A stretch of 64,000 bases of DNA from an uncultured Planctomycetaceae bacterium (GCA_963815195.1 CAWFGE010000016.1:1-64000), one strand, 5' to 3'. Counted from the first letter of the stretch, positions 18,517 through 29,306 are shown. The notes: a model not told the origin generated them from the sequence alone. Numbers and translations are program-made.

Positions 18517-19173
18517 TCAAACGCGGGGGCCGGCTTCACGAGCGGGGGACATCGATCGCTCGATCACATACAGCGCGCTCGCGGCCCGCAGGTTGGCGGC
18601 CCAGGCCCGGTTGACGGCCCGGCCCCCGATGATCGGCAGTTCCTGAATCACCCGCACGTTCATCGTCTCCAGCATGTCCCGAAAATCGTGCATCGACAGG
18701 AAATGCAAATTCGGCGTGTTGTACCATTCGTAGGGGAGTGCCGACGTGACCGGAGCCCGGCCGTGCATCACGACCTGCAACCGCACCCGCCAATGTCCGA
18801 AGTTCGGCACGACGACCAAAGCCCGCCGAGCAATGCGGAGCATCTCCCGCAGCACATCCTGCGGCCGGCGGACTTCCTGGAGCGTCGAACTCAGCACGGC
18901 GAAGTCGAACGACTCTTCGGGAAACTCGGGCAAGCCCGCGTCCAAGTCGGCCTGGATCACCGGGACGCCGCGGGTGATCGTGGCAATCACGCCGGCCCGG
19001 TCGAGTTCGACGCCCTGCACCCGGCAACCGTGCTCATCGCGGAGCATCGCCAACAGCCGCCCATCGCCGCAGCCCAAGTCGATCACCCGGCTGCCGGGCT
19101 CGATGTGCTCGCGGATAATCTCGTCGGTCAAAGCCTCGGTCGAATCGGGCAAACAATAACGTTGTGGAGACAT
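18517..19173 (-). CDS. metW: Methionine biosynthesis protein MetW
   Basis: VIDLGCGDG, PNFGHW, LPYEWYNTPNLH; adjacent to metX. Confidence 0.92.
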   Translation of the reverse strand: MSPQRYCLPDSTEALTDEIIREHIEPGSRVIDLGCGDGRLLAMLRDEHGCRVQGVELDRAGVIATITRGVPVIQADLDAGLPEFPEESFDFAVLSSTLQEVRRPQDVLREMLRIARRALVVVPNFGHWRVRLQVVMHGRAPVTSALPYEWYNTPNLHFLSMHDFRDMLETMNVRVIQELPIIGGRAVNRAWAANLRAASALYVIERSMSPAREAGPRV

Positions 19174-19263
19174 AGTTCAGCCAGGCGAGCGGCCGGCGTA
19201 AGCCGGCTGATTATGAGGAATGTTGAGAACGCTTTCTTTGCGCGTGATCATGGGGCTGACGCC

Positions 19264-20457
19264 TCACGCCGCGCCTTTGACTCCATGCCGATTTCGCGTC
19301 CGCGTCAAAAACGGCTCGACCAAAGTCGCGAGCGGTTTCTCTTCGATCAAAAACGCATCGTGCCCGTAAGGGCTGTCGAGTTCCATAAACGACACATCCT
19401 GCCCCGATTCCAACAGCGCCCGCACAATCTCCCGGCTCTGGCTCGTGGGAAACAGCCAATCCGACGTATAGGACACCACCAGAAACCGCGCATCCGTCCG
19501 GCTCAGAGCCTTGGCGATGGAACTGTAACTTTGCGACAGGTGGAAATAATCCATCGCCTTGGTCAGATGCAGATAGCTGTTGGCGTCGAAGCGTTCCACG
19601 AACTGCCGGCCCTGGTAGTGCAGGTAGCTTTCGATTTGAAATTCGGTCTCCCGCATCAGGTCGTAAGCGAAGGTGTCGCGGTCTTGGAGCCGGCGGCCGA
19701 ATTTCATTTCGATCGACGCTTCGGAGAGATAGGTGATGTGCGCGAGCATCCGCGCGAGGGCCAGCCCGTACTGCGGGCCTTCGTCCTCTTCGTAATACCG
19801 GCCGTTGTGGAATTGCGGATCCGCCAGGATCGCCCGCCGGCCCACGGTGTTGAAGGCGATGCCCTGGGCGGAGAGGTTCGCCGCGGACGCGAGCACGATC
19901 GCCGAGCGGATTTGATCGGGAAACCGCGCGGCCCATTCCAAGGCCTGCATTCCGCCGAGACTGCCGCCGATGACGGCCAGCAATTTCGCGATTCCCAGCG
20001 ACTTCACCAAGGCGGAGTGCACTTCGACAATGTCGCCGATGGTGATCACGGGGAACTCCGAGCAATACCGCTCGCCGGTGTGGGGATTGATGCTGCTCGG
20101 TCCGGTCGTGCCCTGGCAGCCGCCGAGGATGTTGGCGCAGATGATGAAATACTCATCGGTATCGAGGCCTTTGCCGGGTCCGATGAAATTGTCCCACCAG
20201 CCGGGCTTGCGGTCGTCCGGAGCATGCCAGCCCGCCGTGTGGGCATCGCCGGTGAGGGCGTGGCAGACGAAGATTGCATTATCCCCGTCCGGCGACAACT
20301 GGCCGTAGGTTTCGTAGGCGACCGTGATCGGCCCCAGTTCCTTCCCGCTCGCCAGCACCAAAGGCGCGGACGGCGAGAACAGGCTCGCGGTTTGGGTTTC
20401 CACCAGCCCGACCGAACCTTCGCCGGGATCGAATGTTTCCGTCAGTTGAGTCGTCAT
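19264..20457 (-). CDS. metX: Homoserine O-acyltransferase
   Basis: AYETYG, CHALTGDAH, GWWD, IGGSLGGMQA, FDANSY, SDWLF, GHDAFL. Confidence 0.95.
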   Translation of the reverse strand: MTTQLTETFDPGEGSVGLVETQTASLFSPSAPLVLASGKELGPITVAYETYGQLSPDGDNAIFVCHALTGDAHTAGWHAPDDRKPGWWDNFIGPGKGLDTDEYFIICANILGGCQGTTGPSSINPHTGERYCSEFPVITIGDIVEVHSALVKSLGIAKLLAVIGGSLGGMQALEWAARFPDQIRSAIVLASAANLSAQGIAFNTVGRRAILADPQFHNGRYYEEDEGPQYGLALARMLAHITYLSEASIEMKFGRRLQDRDTFAYDLMRETEFQIESYLHYQGRQFVERFDANSYLHLTKAMDYFHLSQSYSSIAKALSRTDARFLVVSYTSDWLFPTSQSREIVRALLESGQDVSFMELDSPYGHDAFLIEEKPLATLVEPFLTRTRNRHGVKGAA

Positions 20458-20555
20458 GGGGGACCATTATAAGCCGTCGTGCAAGCCTTTTCGAGTAACT
20501 TCTGAAACCAGAAACAGTCGGCAGTCGGCAGTAACCAGAATGAAGTGACGGCGTT

Positions 20556-20630
20556 GGGTGGCACGCCCTGAGGAACGAAGGGCGTGGCGATCGGAAAGAC
20601 CACGCTCTTCGTTCCTCAGGGCGTGCCACT
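20556..20630. repeat. REP-like palindrome
   Basis: GTGGCACGCCCTGAGGAACGAAGGGCGTGG...CCACGCTCTTCGTTCCTCAGGGCGTGCCAC. Confidence 0.8.
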
Positions 20631-21974
20631 CAAGTGGCTGGGGAAAGCGTTCAACCGGTATTGCCGGGCGAGTTCGCGAATGGCCCCGGTTCCTTGATAG
20701 ACTTCCGTGGACCGCTGGCCCGTCCAGCGGTTGGCGGGGCTGTCGATTTCCACGCGGATGTCCTGGCCCAGTTGGCATTTTTCCGCGATCGCCAGAGCCA
20801 CGCCGACTTGGTAGCGGTCTTGGGGATAAATCGGCGCGCCAAGGGCTTCCAATGACCAGCGGTCGATCCGCACTTCCCGCCAAGCCGACTTCCCGGCCAA
20901 CCAGCGGGCCATCGCGTCTTTGTCGGATTGCTTTTCACCGACGAAGCGTTGCAGTTCCGGCGAAAGATTCGGCACGCGGTTTCCCGCGATGTAAACCCGT
21001 GTTCGTTCCGGCCGCGAAGCATACACCGCCCACGCGGGCCAATGGTCGTAAAGGCTGAACGGTTCTAAAAACGGCAACATCACGACCGCCGCGACGAAAC
21101 CATAGCCGCACCAGGCTCGCCAACCCGCTCCGGCGATCTCTGAACTTTCCTGACTTTGAACGTCGGAAACTTTCGCAAACGGGCGAAAAAGCAACACGTT
21201 TTGCACGATGAAATACACGTTCCAAATCAACACGCCCGGCTGATGGCCTAGCCCGAACGGGCCGAGAATCCACAACAGCGAAGCATGCATCAAAAACGAA
21301 GCCCACACCGCCGGCTTTTGGGTTCTCCGAAAACAGAAGCCCGCGGCCACGGCGATTTCCCCCAAAGGCAGCGCCGCCACGCACAGCCGCCGCGCGGACG
21401 CGGGCCATTCGGCAAAGTCCCATCCCAACGACTCGGTGAGCACCGCCACAAAAGTTTCCCCGTGCGTGGTGAGAAAACTCGCATCCAACTTGGACAAACC
21501 GGAATGCAAATAAATGCTCGCCACCACCAGCCGCAAACAAGGCACCGCGCGGGCCGTGGGAAGGATTGCCATCACCAGGAGCATAATAAAAAACTCGAAC
21601 GCCCAAGGCTGCAAGCGGTGTTGATCGAGAAGCATCACGGCCGCGAATGCCCCGCAGAACAGCCAACTCATCATGTCGGCGACAGGACGGCGATGGGAAA
21701 GAAACAATAACGCCAACAGCGAAGCCGTCATCACGCCGGCTCCTGCAAGATCGCACCAGACCGGAACGCGTCGGCCCCACGATACCAACGGTACCCGCGG
21801 GAAAGACAGCGGCTCAAACCACAACCGCCAGGTCACGCCCATTAAAATCAAACCCGCAAGCGCCACCAGCCGCCGCGTGCGTTCGCACGTCTTTCGAGCC
21901 GATTCTTCGCTTCCCCAGGCCAGACCGGTCGGCACCCAGGAGCTGTAGCAATTCTGATTGGTCTTGCACTTCAT
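20616..21974 (-). CDS. Polytopic membrane protein, HTTM/DoxX-like
   Basis: LDQHRLQPW, IYLHSGLSKLD, MHASLL and VLIWN motifs; ATG overlaps the upstream stop (ATGA at 21971-21974). Confidence 0.7.
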   Translation of the reverse strand: MKCKTNQNCYSSWVPTGLAWGSEESARKTCERTRRLVALAGLILMGVTWRLWFEPLSFPRVPLVSWGRRVPVWCDLAGAGVMTASLLALLFLSHRRPVADMMSWLFCGAFAAVMLLDQHRLQPWAFEFFIMLLVMAILPTARAVPCLRLVVASIYLHSGLSKLDASFLTTHGETFVAVLTESLGWDFAEWPASARRLCVAALPLGEIAVAAGFCFRRTQKPAVWASFLMHASLLWILGPFGLGHQPGVLIWNVYFIVQNVLLFRPFAKVSDVQSQESSEIAGAGWRAWCGYGFVAAVVMLPFLEPFSLYDHWPAWAVYASRPERTRVYIAGNRVPNLSPELQRFVGEKQSDKDAMARWLAGKSAWREVRIDRWSLEALGAPIYPQDRYQVGVALAIAEKCQLGQDIRVEIDSPANRWTGQRSTEVYQGTGAIRELARQYRLNAFPSHLSGTP

Positions 21975-23119
21975 TTCGACAACGCCACGATGCCCGCAAT
22001 AACCGCAATCACCGCCAGGACGGCAAAGGTGATCTTCACCCAACTGTAGGGCCGTTGGCCTTGGACTTCTCCCGTCGTGGCGTTGACCATCACCTGGTAG
22101 GCTTTGTCCCGAAAACGATACGCCATCAGCCACGTGGGCAAGAGCAGATGCTTATAAGTGATCGCGGTATAATGCGAATCCAAGGAATCGATGCGCTGCT
22201 CGTCCCCGCCGATCCGCCGACGGGTCTCGGATGCGATCGCGCTGTCCATGCGGGCTTTCGCATCCCGAAAGCCCGGCTCCAATTCCAGATCATACGTCCT
22301 CGCCAGAAATCCCGCGAGCATCTGCTGATTGAACGGCACGCACTCCGCCAGCGGCCAAGGTTCGAGCGCCAAAATCACATCCCGCGGCAACCCTTGCGTC
22401 GCGGAGACCATCACATCGTCGAAGAATTTTTGAAACGAGCCGCTGGCAAAGCTCCAACTCGTCCGCTGCTCCCGGCGGGTCTGGTCGCCGTCTTTGACCT
22501 CGACGTAATAATGCTCGCCCCGCTCGCCGGTGTAACGGTTGAACGTGAAGGCGTCAAACGTCCAAAACGGCAGATACACGCCATTGAACTTCCCGCGAAC
22601 GCCCTGCCGGCGAAAGGAGTTCGGCGCGAACCAGCGGGATTTGACCCAGTTTTTGAGGTTTTCCTGGGCGGCGTCGTGATCGATGCGGAACGGCAAGATG
22701 CCGTCCACGGGAACGCGTTGGGGGGAATCGTGAATGTGCTCGCGCTGGATCGGCGTGCCGCAGTACGGGCATTCGCTGCTGGTCAAGGTCCCGGTAAACA
22801 CCGCCGTGCCCCCGCAGGCTTCGCAGCGGATTTCCTGGGTCTGGGCTTTTTGGGAGATGCCTTCCCGCCGGAGTTCCGCGAGCCGATCAAGCATGGCCTC
22901 GAAATCCTGCTCGCCCACGCTTTGATCCGCGGGCAACACGATCTGTTTCACATACCCGCAGTAAGGGCATTTGAGTTCCTGCTGCCCGACGTCGAACTTG
23001 AGATCCGCCCCGCACTGGTCGCAGGGAAACACCCGCCCCCGGTTCTCATCAATCGCCTGCCCCGCGGACTGCGTATCACCCTCGGCCGCCACGGGAAGAT
23101 GCGGAGACTGCGTCATCAA
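21971..23119 (-). CDS. Multi-zinc-ribbon membrane-anchored protein (usual SPFH partner)
   Basis: Four CxxC pairs (CDQCG, CPYCG, CEACG, CPYCG); GVYLPFWTFD; LLLPTW; VNATTGEVQGQRPYS; C-terminal TM. Confidence 0.85.
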   Translation of the reverse strand: MMTQSPHLPVAAEGDTQSAGQAIDENRGRVFPCDQCGADLKFDVGQQELKCPYCGYVKQIVLPADQSVGEQDFEAMLDRLAELRREGISQKAQTQEIRCEACGGTAVFTGTLTSSECPYCGTPIQREHIHDSPQRVPVDGILPFRIDHDAAQENLKNWVKSRWFAPNSFRRQGVRGKFNGVYLPFWTFDAFTFNRYTGERGEHYYVEVKDGDQTRREQRTSWSFASGSFQKFFDDVMVSATQGLPRDVILALEPWPLAECVPFNQQMLAGFLARTYDLELEPGFRDAKARMDSAIASETRRRIGGDEQRIDSLDSHYTAITYKHLLLPTWLMAYRFRDKAYQVMVNATTGEVQGQRPYSWVKITFAVLAVIAVIAGIVALSK

Positions 23120-23176
23120 TGGTTGGCCCTCATCGACATAACTTTCAACAAATACAATCTCGGCGCGATCAGAATA

Positions 23177-23500
23177 TCAATCATCGTCGATTTCGGTGGT
23201 CGTCTTCACGATTCGGCCACGTTGATTCGTTTCAATCCAAAAGAGCCTATGGTCGATGAATTTGTCCCAATCGATGAACGTTTTATACAGCAGCGTTTCA
23301 CCGCTCTGGTTGTTTGGCGTTCGTTGATGCGGTTCGCCAAATCGGTCGATGACTGTTTCGATCGGTACGCCCGGCTTTGCAAGCTCATGAATTTGAACGT
23401 GATCGACACGGGGTTTCAGCATCTTGGTTGCCGACGAGGAGCAGCCTGCCACAAGGCAGGCCAGACCAAAACTCAACAAGATGAGGAATTGACGGCTCAT
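23177..23500 (-). CDS. Small lipoprotein (SmpA/BamE-like fold possible)
   Basis: Lipobox LVAGC; VIDRFGEP motif. Confidence 0.65.
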   Translation of the reverse strand: MSRQFLILLSFGLACLVAGCSSSATKMLKPRVDHVQIHELAKPGVPIETVIDRFGEPHQRTPNNQSGETLLYKTFIDWDKFIDHRLFWIETNQRGRIVKTTTEIDDD

Positions 23501-23600
23501 TGAGCACCAACAAAATCGCCCGCGCGGAGGAGAACGAAACAAAACCACGAGCAGGAAATGGCGATTCGCTGCTCGTGGCGGGCGTTCGATTCGATCGGCA

Positions 23601-24716
23601 TTACGCCGGCGGCGGAGGCGGCGGGGGCGGGGTTTGTTGGAAGTAGCCCGCGAGCCCGGGGACTTGGGACGCGGCTTGCCAACCGGGCATGCCGGCGCAC
23701 CAGACGGTGGTGTGCGGAGTGACTTCGCCGTTCGAGATTTTTTGGGCCAGCTGTTGATCGGTGAATGGGCCTTGCGTCTGGCCGTTGACCGCGACGTGCC
23801 AGGCGGTCGCCTGCGGTGGCGGCGGGGGGGCTTGGGGGTATCCCTGTTGCTGCGGTTGCCCCGCGGTCCCCGCCATGCGGTTGGCCATCGCGAAGCCCAT
23901 CCCGAGGCCCATGCCTTCGGCCGCTCCGCCGCCCGCGGGATTATTGGCGGCGGCCTCCATCGCGTTCCCCATCTGGTACGCCTGGAACTTGCCCATGTCG
24001 CCGATGACGCCCATGCTCGTGCGGGTGTCGAGGGCTTTTTCGACGGCTTCCGGCAACGAGATATTCACGATAAATAACGCCGGCACATCGAGCCCGTATT
24101 CATCGTCCACGCGCTCGATCACATATTTCCTAAGTTCCGAAGACATCTCGCGGTACTTGGACGCCAGGTCCAAGGCGGCGATTTGCTGCTCCCCGAGCAT
24201 GTCGGTGAAGGCCTCGGTGATGATCGACCGCATCAGCTCGTTGATTTCGTTGGAATCGAATTCCGCATCGGTCCCCACGAGTTCTTTCAAAAGAATCCGC
24301 GGCTCGGTGCATTTGAGGGTGTAGGTTCCGAAAGCCCGCAGCCGGATCGGGCCGAACTCCGGGTCGCGGAGCATGATCGGATTGGGCGTCCCCCATTTGA
24401 GGTTGGTGATCTGCTTGGTGCTGACGAAATAGACTTCCGAGCGAAACGGGCTGTCGAAGCCGTATTTCCAGCCCTGGAGCGTCGAAAGAATCGGCAGGTT
24501 GTCGGTTTTCAGCGTGTAGTTGCCGGGCTCGAACACGTCGGCCAGTTCCCCGCGATGCACGAGAATCGCCATCTGCCCGGGCCGGACGATCAGTTGGGCA
24601 CCGTTTTTGATCTCGTTTTGATATCGGGGAAACCGCCAGACGAGCGTGCTGTTCGAGTCGTCCACCCATTCGATAATGTCGATGAGTTCATTGCGAAGCT
24701 TGTCGAATAACCCCAT
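23601..24716 (-). CDS. SPFH (band 7, YdjI-like) domain protein with C-terminal GYF_2 domain
   Basis: IDIIEW, GAQLIVRPGQ, KWGTPNPI, LRAFGTY, GMGLGMG; WHVAVNGQTQGPF...VWCAGMPGW. Confidence 0.9.
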   Translation of the reverse strand: MGLFDKLRNELIDIIEWVDDSNSTLVWRFPRYQNEIKNGAQLIVRPGQMAILVHRGELADVFEPGNYTLKTDNLPILSTLQGWKYGFDSPFRSEVYFVSTKQITNLKWGTPNPIMLRDPEFGPIRLRAFGTYTLKCTEPRILLKELVGTDAEFDSNEINELMRSIITEAFTDMLGEQQIAALDLASKYREMSSELRKYVIERVDDEYGLDVPALFIVNISLPEAVEKALDTRTSMGVIGDMGKFQAYQMGNAMEAAANNPAGGGAAEGMGLGMGFAMANRMAGTAGQPQQQGYPQAPPPPPQATAWHVAVNGQTQGPFTDQQLAQKISNGEVTPHTTVWCAGMPGWQAASQVPGLAGYFQQTPPPPPPPPA

Positions 24717-25164
24717 GAGGTGTTCCCCGTTTTCGAGAATTGGGAGGTGGTGATTGGCCAAACCGCCGCGGGACGCGGGACGTCGATGGACTCGGCGAAG
24801 AAACCGTCCCAATTCTAACCCCCCGCCGAAGAGTTCATCAAGGGGCTAACGCGGAAAGCCCTGGCGCAGGATCATTGGATTCTTCGAGTTTTTTTCGTCG
24901 CTTCAATACTCGTCCCGCCCGCTCGCCAAAAACGTTTAGAGCCTATAGACTTAATCTTTTCCCGAGGATTGATCGGGTGCATTCCCCACCCTGTGATTGG
25001 GCCGATTCTCAAAGAGGCGATCTCACAGAATCACAAAATCATTGATTCTGTGAACGATGATTCTGTGATCGGAGGTTGGAACCAAGTCGCAAAAGAAAAT
25101 ACCCCGGAATGATCGAGCCTCGCAGATTCCGCTTAACCTCTGGCCTTTAATCCCTGGACGCCGC

Positions 25165-26172
25165 ATGCGTGCAATTGTGTTTCATGAATTCGGCGAGCCG
25201 GCGGAGGTGCTGCGCGTGGAGGAAGTGACCATGCCGGAACCGGGGCCGGGCGAAGTCCGGGTGCGAATGCTGGCCAGTCCCATCAACCCGTCCGACATGA
25301 TGACCGTCCGCGGTATTTACGGCAAAAAGCCCAAGCTCCCCGCCACGCCCGGCTACGAAGGCGTGGGGATCGTGGATGCTTCGGGCGGCGGACTCTTTGG
25401 AAAGTTTTTGACGGGCAAACGCGTCGCGGTGCCGAACCGCCAGACCGGAAACTGGTGCGAATACACCGTCATCCCCGCCAAGCAGGCCATTCCGCTCTCG
25501 GACAAGTTGCCGCTCGAGCAGGCGGCGATGTTTTTCGTGAACCCCGCCACCGCCTTCGTGATGACCCGCAAGGTGTTGGATGTTCCGCCCGGCGGTTGGC
25601 TGCTGCAAACCGCGGCCGGCTCGGCACTCGGGCGGATGGTGATCCGTCTCGGAAAACATTACGGGTTTAAGACGCTCAACATCATCCGCCGGGACGAGCA
25701 GGTCGAGGAACTGAAAGCCCTCGGTGCGGATGCGGTGGTCGTGTTCGACGACCAAAAGCACGACCGCCAGTTCTTGCGGGAACAGGTTTCAAAGCACGCC
25801 GGGAACCAGGGCATTCGCTGGGCCATCGATCCGGTCGGCGGCGAAACGGGCTCCGCGGTCGTGGGCTGCCTGGGCGAGAACGGGCGGCTGTTGGTGTATG
25901 GCACCTTGGACGACCGGCCGCTGTCATTTTCGTCCCGGCAGCTGATGACCGTCGGCAGCCGGGTCGAAGGCTTTTGGCTCTCCCGCTGGATGCAGGCCCA
26001 GGGACTCCTGGGCAAATTGCAACTCGTGCGGCAAATCACGAAGCTCATGCTCGCCAGCGTGTTGGTGTCCGATGTGGGGGAGACTTACGAACTGGAGCAA
26101 ATCGCCGATGCCGTCCGCCAGTCCGAAAAGCCCGGCCGCGGCGGCAAGGTGCTGCTGAGAATGTCCCAATGA
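25165..26172 (+). CDS. MDR-family NAD(P)-dependent oxidoreductase (enoyl-thioester/quinone reductase-like)
   Basis: ASPINPSD, PGYEGVG, VNPATA, QTAAGSALG, GKVLL. Confidence 0.9.
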   Translation: MRAIVFHEFGEPAEVLRVEEVTMPEPGPGEVRVRMLASPINPSDMMTVRGIYGKKPKLPATPGYEGVGIVDASGGGLFGKFLTGKRVAVPNRQTGNWCEYTVIPAKQAIPLSDKLPLEQAAMFFVNPATAFVMTRKVLDVPPGGWLLQTAAGSALGRMVIRLGKHYGFKTLNIIRRDEQVEELKALGADAVVVFDDQKHDRQFLREQVSKHAGNQGIRWAIDPVGGETGSAVVGCLGENGRLLVYGTLDDRPLSFSSRQLMTVGSRVEGFWLSRWMQAQGLLGKLQLVRQITKLMLASVLVSDVGETYELEQIADAVRQSEKPGRGGKVLLRMSQ

Positions 26173-26203
26173 CCAATATCCAGTTTCAGTTATTCCAAAA
26201 AAG

Positions 26204-26279
26204 CAAGAGCCGCGCACGAAGTAAGCGGTTTTCACGGATTCAGACAACGCAAGACCGCTTACGTCGTGCGCGGCTCTTG
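26204..26279. repeat. REP palindrome (same family at 56270-56385)
   Basis: CAAGAGCCGCGCACGAAGTAAGCGG...CCGCTTACGTCGTGCGCGGCTCTTG. Confidence 0.85.
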
Positions 26280-26367
26280 ACAACCAAACCGATTTCTTGA
26301 GCTTTTTTGGAAGTACTGAATTTTGGAAACACGTTATTACCACTGATTGACATAAGGAATCGTCATC

Positions 26368-27388
26368 ATGCGCCGTTTATTGTTGAGTTTGGGACTGATT
26401 ATTTGCTGCGCCGCGTGGGGATGCAGCGGCAGTTCTTCGGGGAGCGGGAAATTGCGGATTGCGATGCTCCCGAAGCTCAAGAACATCGCCTATTTCGATG
26501 CCTGCCATCAAGGGGCCGAGAATGCCGCGAAGGAGTTGGGCGTGGAGATCGATTTACGACGGCCCGTCCAAACCCAGCGGCTCCGAGCAGAACAAGTTCA
26601 TCGAGACCTGGACCCGGCAGCGCGTGGATGCGATTTGCGTCGCCCCCAATCAGCCGCAGGCCGTCACCCGGTTTATTGAAAAGGCTCAGAAGGCGGGGAT
26701 TCCCGTCATCACCTGGGACAGCGACGCCGCGACCGACGGCAAGTCCCCGGAAAGCCGGCGCCGGCTGATGGTCAATCAGATCGACGACACGGTGCTCGGC
26801 CAGGCGTTGATGGACGACATTGCCCGGCAGATGGGCGAAAAAGGCGAATGGCTGGTCGTGATCGCCAGCCTCGACGCGGCGAACCTCAACAACTGGCGGC
26901 GAATCGCCGAGGCCCGCCAGGAGGAAAAATACCCGAACATGAAGCTCGCCGGCCCGCCGGTGGTCACCGAGGAAGACGAGAACAAAGCCATCGAAAAAGT
27001 CCGCACGGTGCTCAACAGCAACCCGAACATTCGGGGGATCATCGCGTTCGATTCCAACTCCGTCCCGGGAGCGGCCGAGGCGATCAAGCAGGCGGGCAAA
27101 GTCGGCGAGATCGCGCTCACGGGCTGTTCCACGCCCTCGAAGAAATTGCGGAAGTACATCAAAGAAGATGTGCTGGAAAGCTTTTATCTCTGGGATCCGC
27201 GAAAGCTGGGCGACCTGACGGTGCGGGTCGCGGTGGCGGTCGCGCAGGGGAAAAAGATCGAGCCGGGCGCCGAACTCGAAGGCTACGGCAAGCTGCGATT
27301 CCGCCAGTCCGATCCGTCGACCCTCATCATGGCCGACCCCATCCGCTTCACCAAAGAGAACATCGACCAGTACGATTGGGGCTTCTGA
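26368..27388 (+). CDS. Sugar/AI-2 type periplasmic binding lipoprotein (LsrB/RhaS-like); frameshift near 26553
   Basis: Lipobox AWGC, MLPKLKNIAYF, YDGP, GIPVITWDSD, LWDPRKLG, FTKENIDQY. Confidence 0.85.
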
Positions 27389-27395
27389 GCGGGAC

Positions 27396-27547
27396 ATCCG
27401 AAATCCGAATCTCGAAATCCGAAACAAACTCCAATGTTCCAATACCAAAACGCTCCTCTCGGCCGTGCCTTTTTGGAGGACGTCTGGAACATTCGGATTT
27501 GGGATTTTGAATTTCTTTCGGATTTCGGATTTCGTGCTTCGAATTTT
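27396..27547. repeat. Heptamer-based inverted repeat element (same family as 15770-16248)
   Basis: ATCCGAAATCCGAATCTCGAAATCCGAAAC ... TTTCGGATTTCGGATTTCGTGCTTCGAATTT. Confidence 0.8.
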
Positions 27548-27586
27548 CATTAGAAATCACCGCGAATACTTTTACGGGAGGAACAT

Positions 27587-28381
27587 ATGACGGCTCGACT
27601 GGACGGTAAAGTGGTGATCGTGACGGGCGGCACGCAGGGCGTGGGCGAAGCGGTCGCGCTTCATGCGGCCGAGGCGGGGGCGGCGGGCGTTGTGATTTGC
27701 GGCCGGCAGGAAGACAAAGGCCAACTCGTCGCCGGCAAGCTGAAGGAACTCGGCAGCGAAGCCTTGTATGTGCAGGCCGACCTCGCGGAGGTGGCCGATT
27801 GCCGAAACGTGGTCGCGCGATGCGATGAAACCTTCGGCCGCGTGGACGGCCTCGTCAATGCCGCCGCCGACACCAGGCGGGCGAGCCTGGAGGATCTCAC
27901 CGTCGAGTTCTGGGACTATCAGTTCGCCGTCAACGTGCGGGCTCCGTTTCTGTTCACGCAGGACGCGGTGCGGATCATGCGGCGGGAAAATATCGCCGGC
28001 TCCATCGTCAACATCCTCTCCGTCGCGGCGTATTGCGGAATGGACATCCTCCCCGCTTACAGCTCCACCAAAGGGGCGCTGAGTACCTTCACGAAGAACA
28101 CCGCCAACGGCCTCCGCAAACACTGCATCCGCGTTAACGGGATCAACCTCGGCTGGACCGACACGCCCAACGAGCACATCGTGCAAAAGCAGCAAGGCAG
28201 CCCCGACAACTGGCTGGAGCTCGGCGAAAAAGCCTCGCCCTTTGGGCGAATCCTCAAACCCGACGATGTCGCGACGTTGTGCTTGTATTTGCTCAGCGAG
28301 GAATCCGGCATTCTCACGGGCTCGAACATCGATTACTCCCACCGCGTGATGGGCGTCTTCCCGCCGGAACCTTCGGCATGA
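27587..28381 (+). CDS. SDR family oxidoreductase
   Basis: TGGTQGVG, VNAAA, YSSTK, RVNGINLG. Confidence 0.92.
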   Translation: MTARLDGKVVIVTGGTQGVGEAVALHAAEAGAAGVVICGRQEDKGQLVAGKLKELGSEALYVQADLAEVADCRNVVARCDETFGRVDGLVNAAADTRRASLEDLTVEFWDYQFAVNVRAPFLFTQDAVRIMRRENIAGSIVNILSVAAYCGMDILPAYSSTKGALSTFTKNTANGLRKHCIRVNGINLGWTDTPNEHIVQKQQGSPDNWLELGEKASPFGRILKPDDVATLCLYLLSEESGILTGSNIDYSHRVMGVFPPEPSA

Positions 28382-28492
28382 GGAAATGACCAATGACCAA
28401 ACGCATTGATTCGCCGCAGGGCGCTGGTTCCTTGGACAACCGAACTCGCCGATTACTAACAGCGGACAAAAAAGGATAACGGACAACCTTCT

Positions 28493-29206
28493 ATGAATTT
28501 CTTATTGACGAACGATGACGGGATCGATGCGCCGGGGTTGGCGGCCCTCGAGGCGGCGGTGCGGGAATTCGGCGATGTCGTGACGGTTGCTCCGGATCAG
28601 CATCTCTCGGGGTGCAGCCACCAGGTGAGTTCCCACCGCCCGCTCCTGGCGACGAAGGTCGATCGCAACCGCTATGCCTTGGACGGCACGCCCGCGGACT
28701 GCACGCGGATCGGGTTGATGCACCTCGCGAAAGAAACCGATTGGGTGCTGTCGGGCATCAATGACGGAGGCAACCTGGGCGTGGATGTGTTTATGTCCGG
28801 CACGGTCGCGGCCGTTCGCGAGGCGGCGTGGCATCGCGTGCGGGGCGTTGCGTTTTCGCAATACCGCAAATCCCGCGGGGCGTTTGACTGGTCCGCGGCC
28901 GTTCCTTTGGCGCGGAGGGTTCTGGAAGAATTGTGGAAGCTCCCCTTGGAAGCCGGGGCCTTCTGGAACGTCAATCTTCCCGATTTGCAAACGGCGGCGT
29001 CCGCGCAAATCCCGCCCGAAGACGTGGAGATCGCCTTCTGCCCGCTCAACCCGCACCCGCTCCCCGTGGTGTTTGAGGTCCTCGAAAACAGCTACACGTA
29101 CCGGGGAGTGTATACCGACCGGCACCGCGACACGGGCAGCGATGTGGACGTGTGCTTTTCCGGCCGGGTCGCCGTCACCCAAATCCGGCCGCCTTCCTTG
29201 GATTGA
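28493..29206 (+). CDS. surE: 5'/3'-nucleotidase SurE
   Basis: LTNDDG, VAP, SGCS, GTPADC, SGINDGGNLG, SGTVAA. Confidence 0.95.
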   Translation: MNFLLTNDDGIDAPGLAALEAAVREFGDVVTVAPDQHLSGCSHQVSSHRPLLATKVDRNRYALDGTPADCTRIGLMHLAKETDWVLSGINDGGNLGVDVFMSGTVAAVREAAWHRVRGVAFSQYRKSRGAFDWSAAVPLARRVLEELWKLPLEAGAFWNVNLPDLQTAASAQIPPEDVEIAFCPLNPHPLPVVFEVLENSYTYRGVYTDRHRDTGSDVDVCFSGRVAVTQIRPPSLD

Positions 29207-29306
29207 CCAGTCGGCGTTCGGGCTTGTGGGACGCGAGCCATCGCCCTAACATCGGAGAGCCCAACGCGTCGCCGACAATACGACCCATCCGCAAAGGAAT
29301 GCTTCG

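Noticed and set aside
18481..20472. 663-aa plus-strand ORF and other long antisense ORFs (21647-23503, 36200-38644, 42944-45751, 49545-52223)
   Set aside because: These are shadow frames opposite well-supported genes, expected in GC-rich DNA, and they show no motifs.
20458..20630. SAM or other riboswitch upstream of metX
   Set aside because: No recognisable SAM-I/II core motifs; the structure present is a REP-like palindrome.
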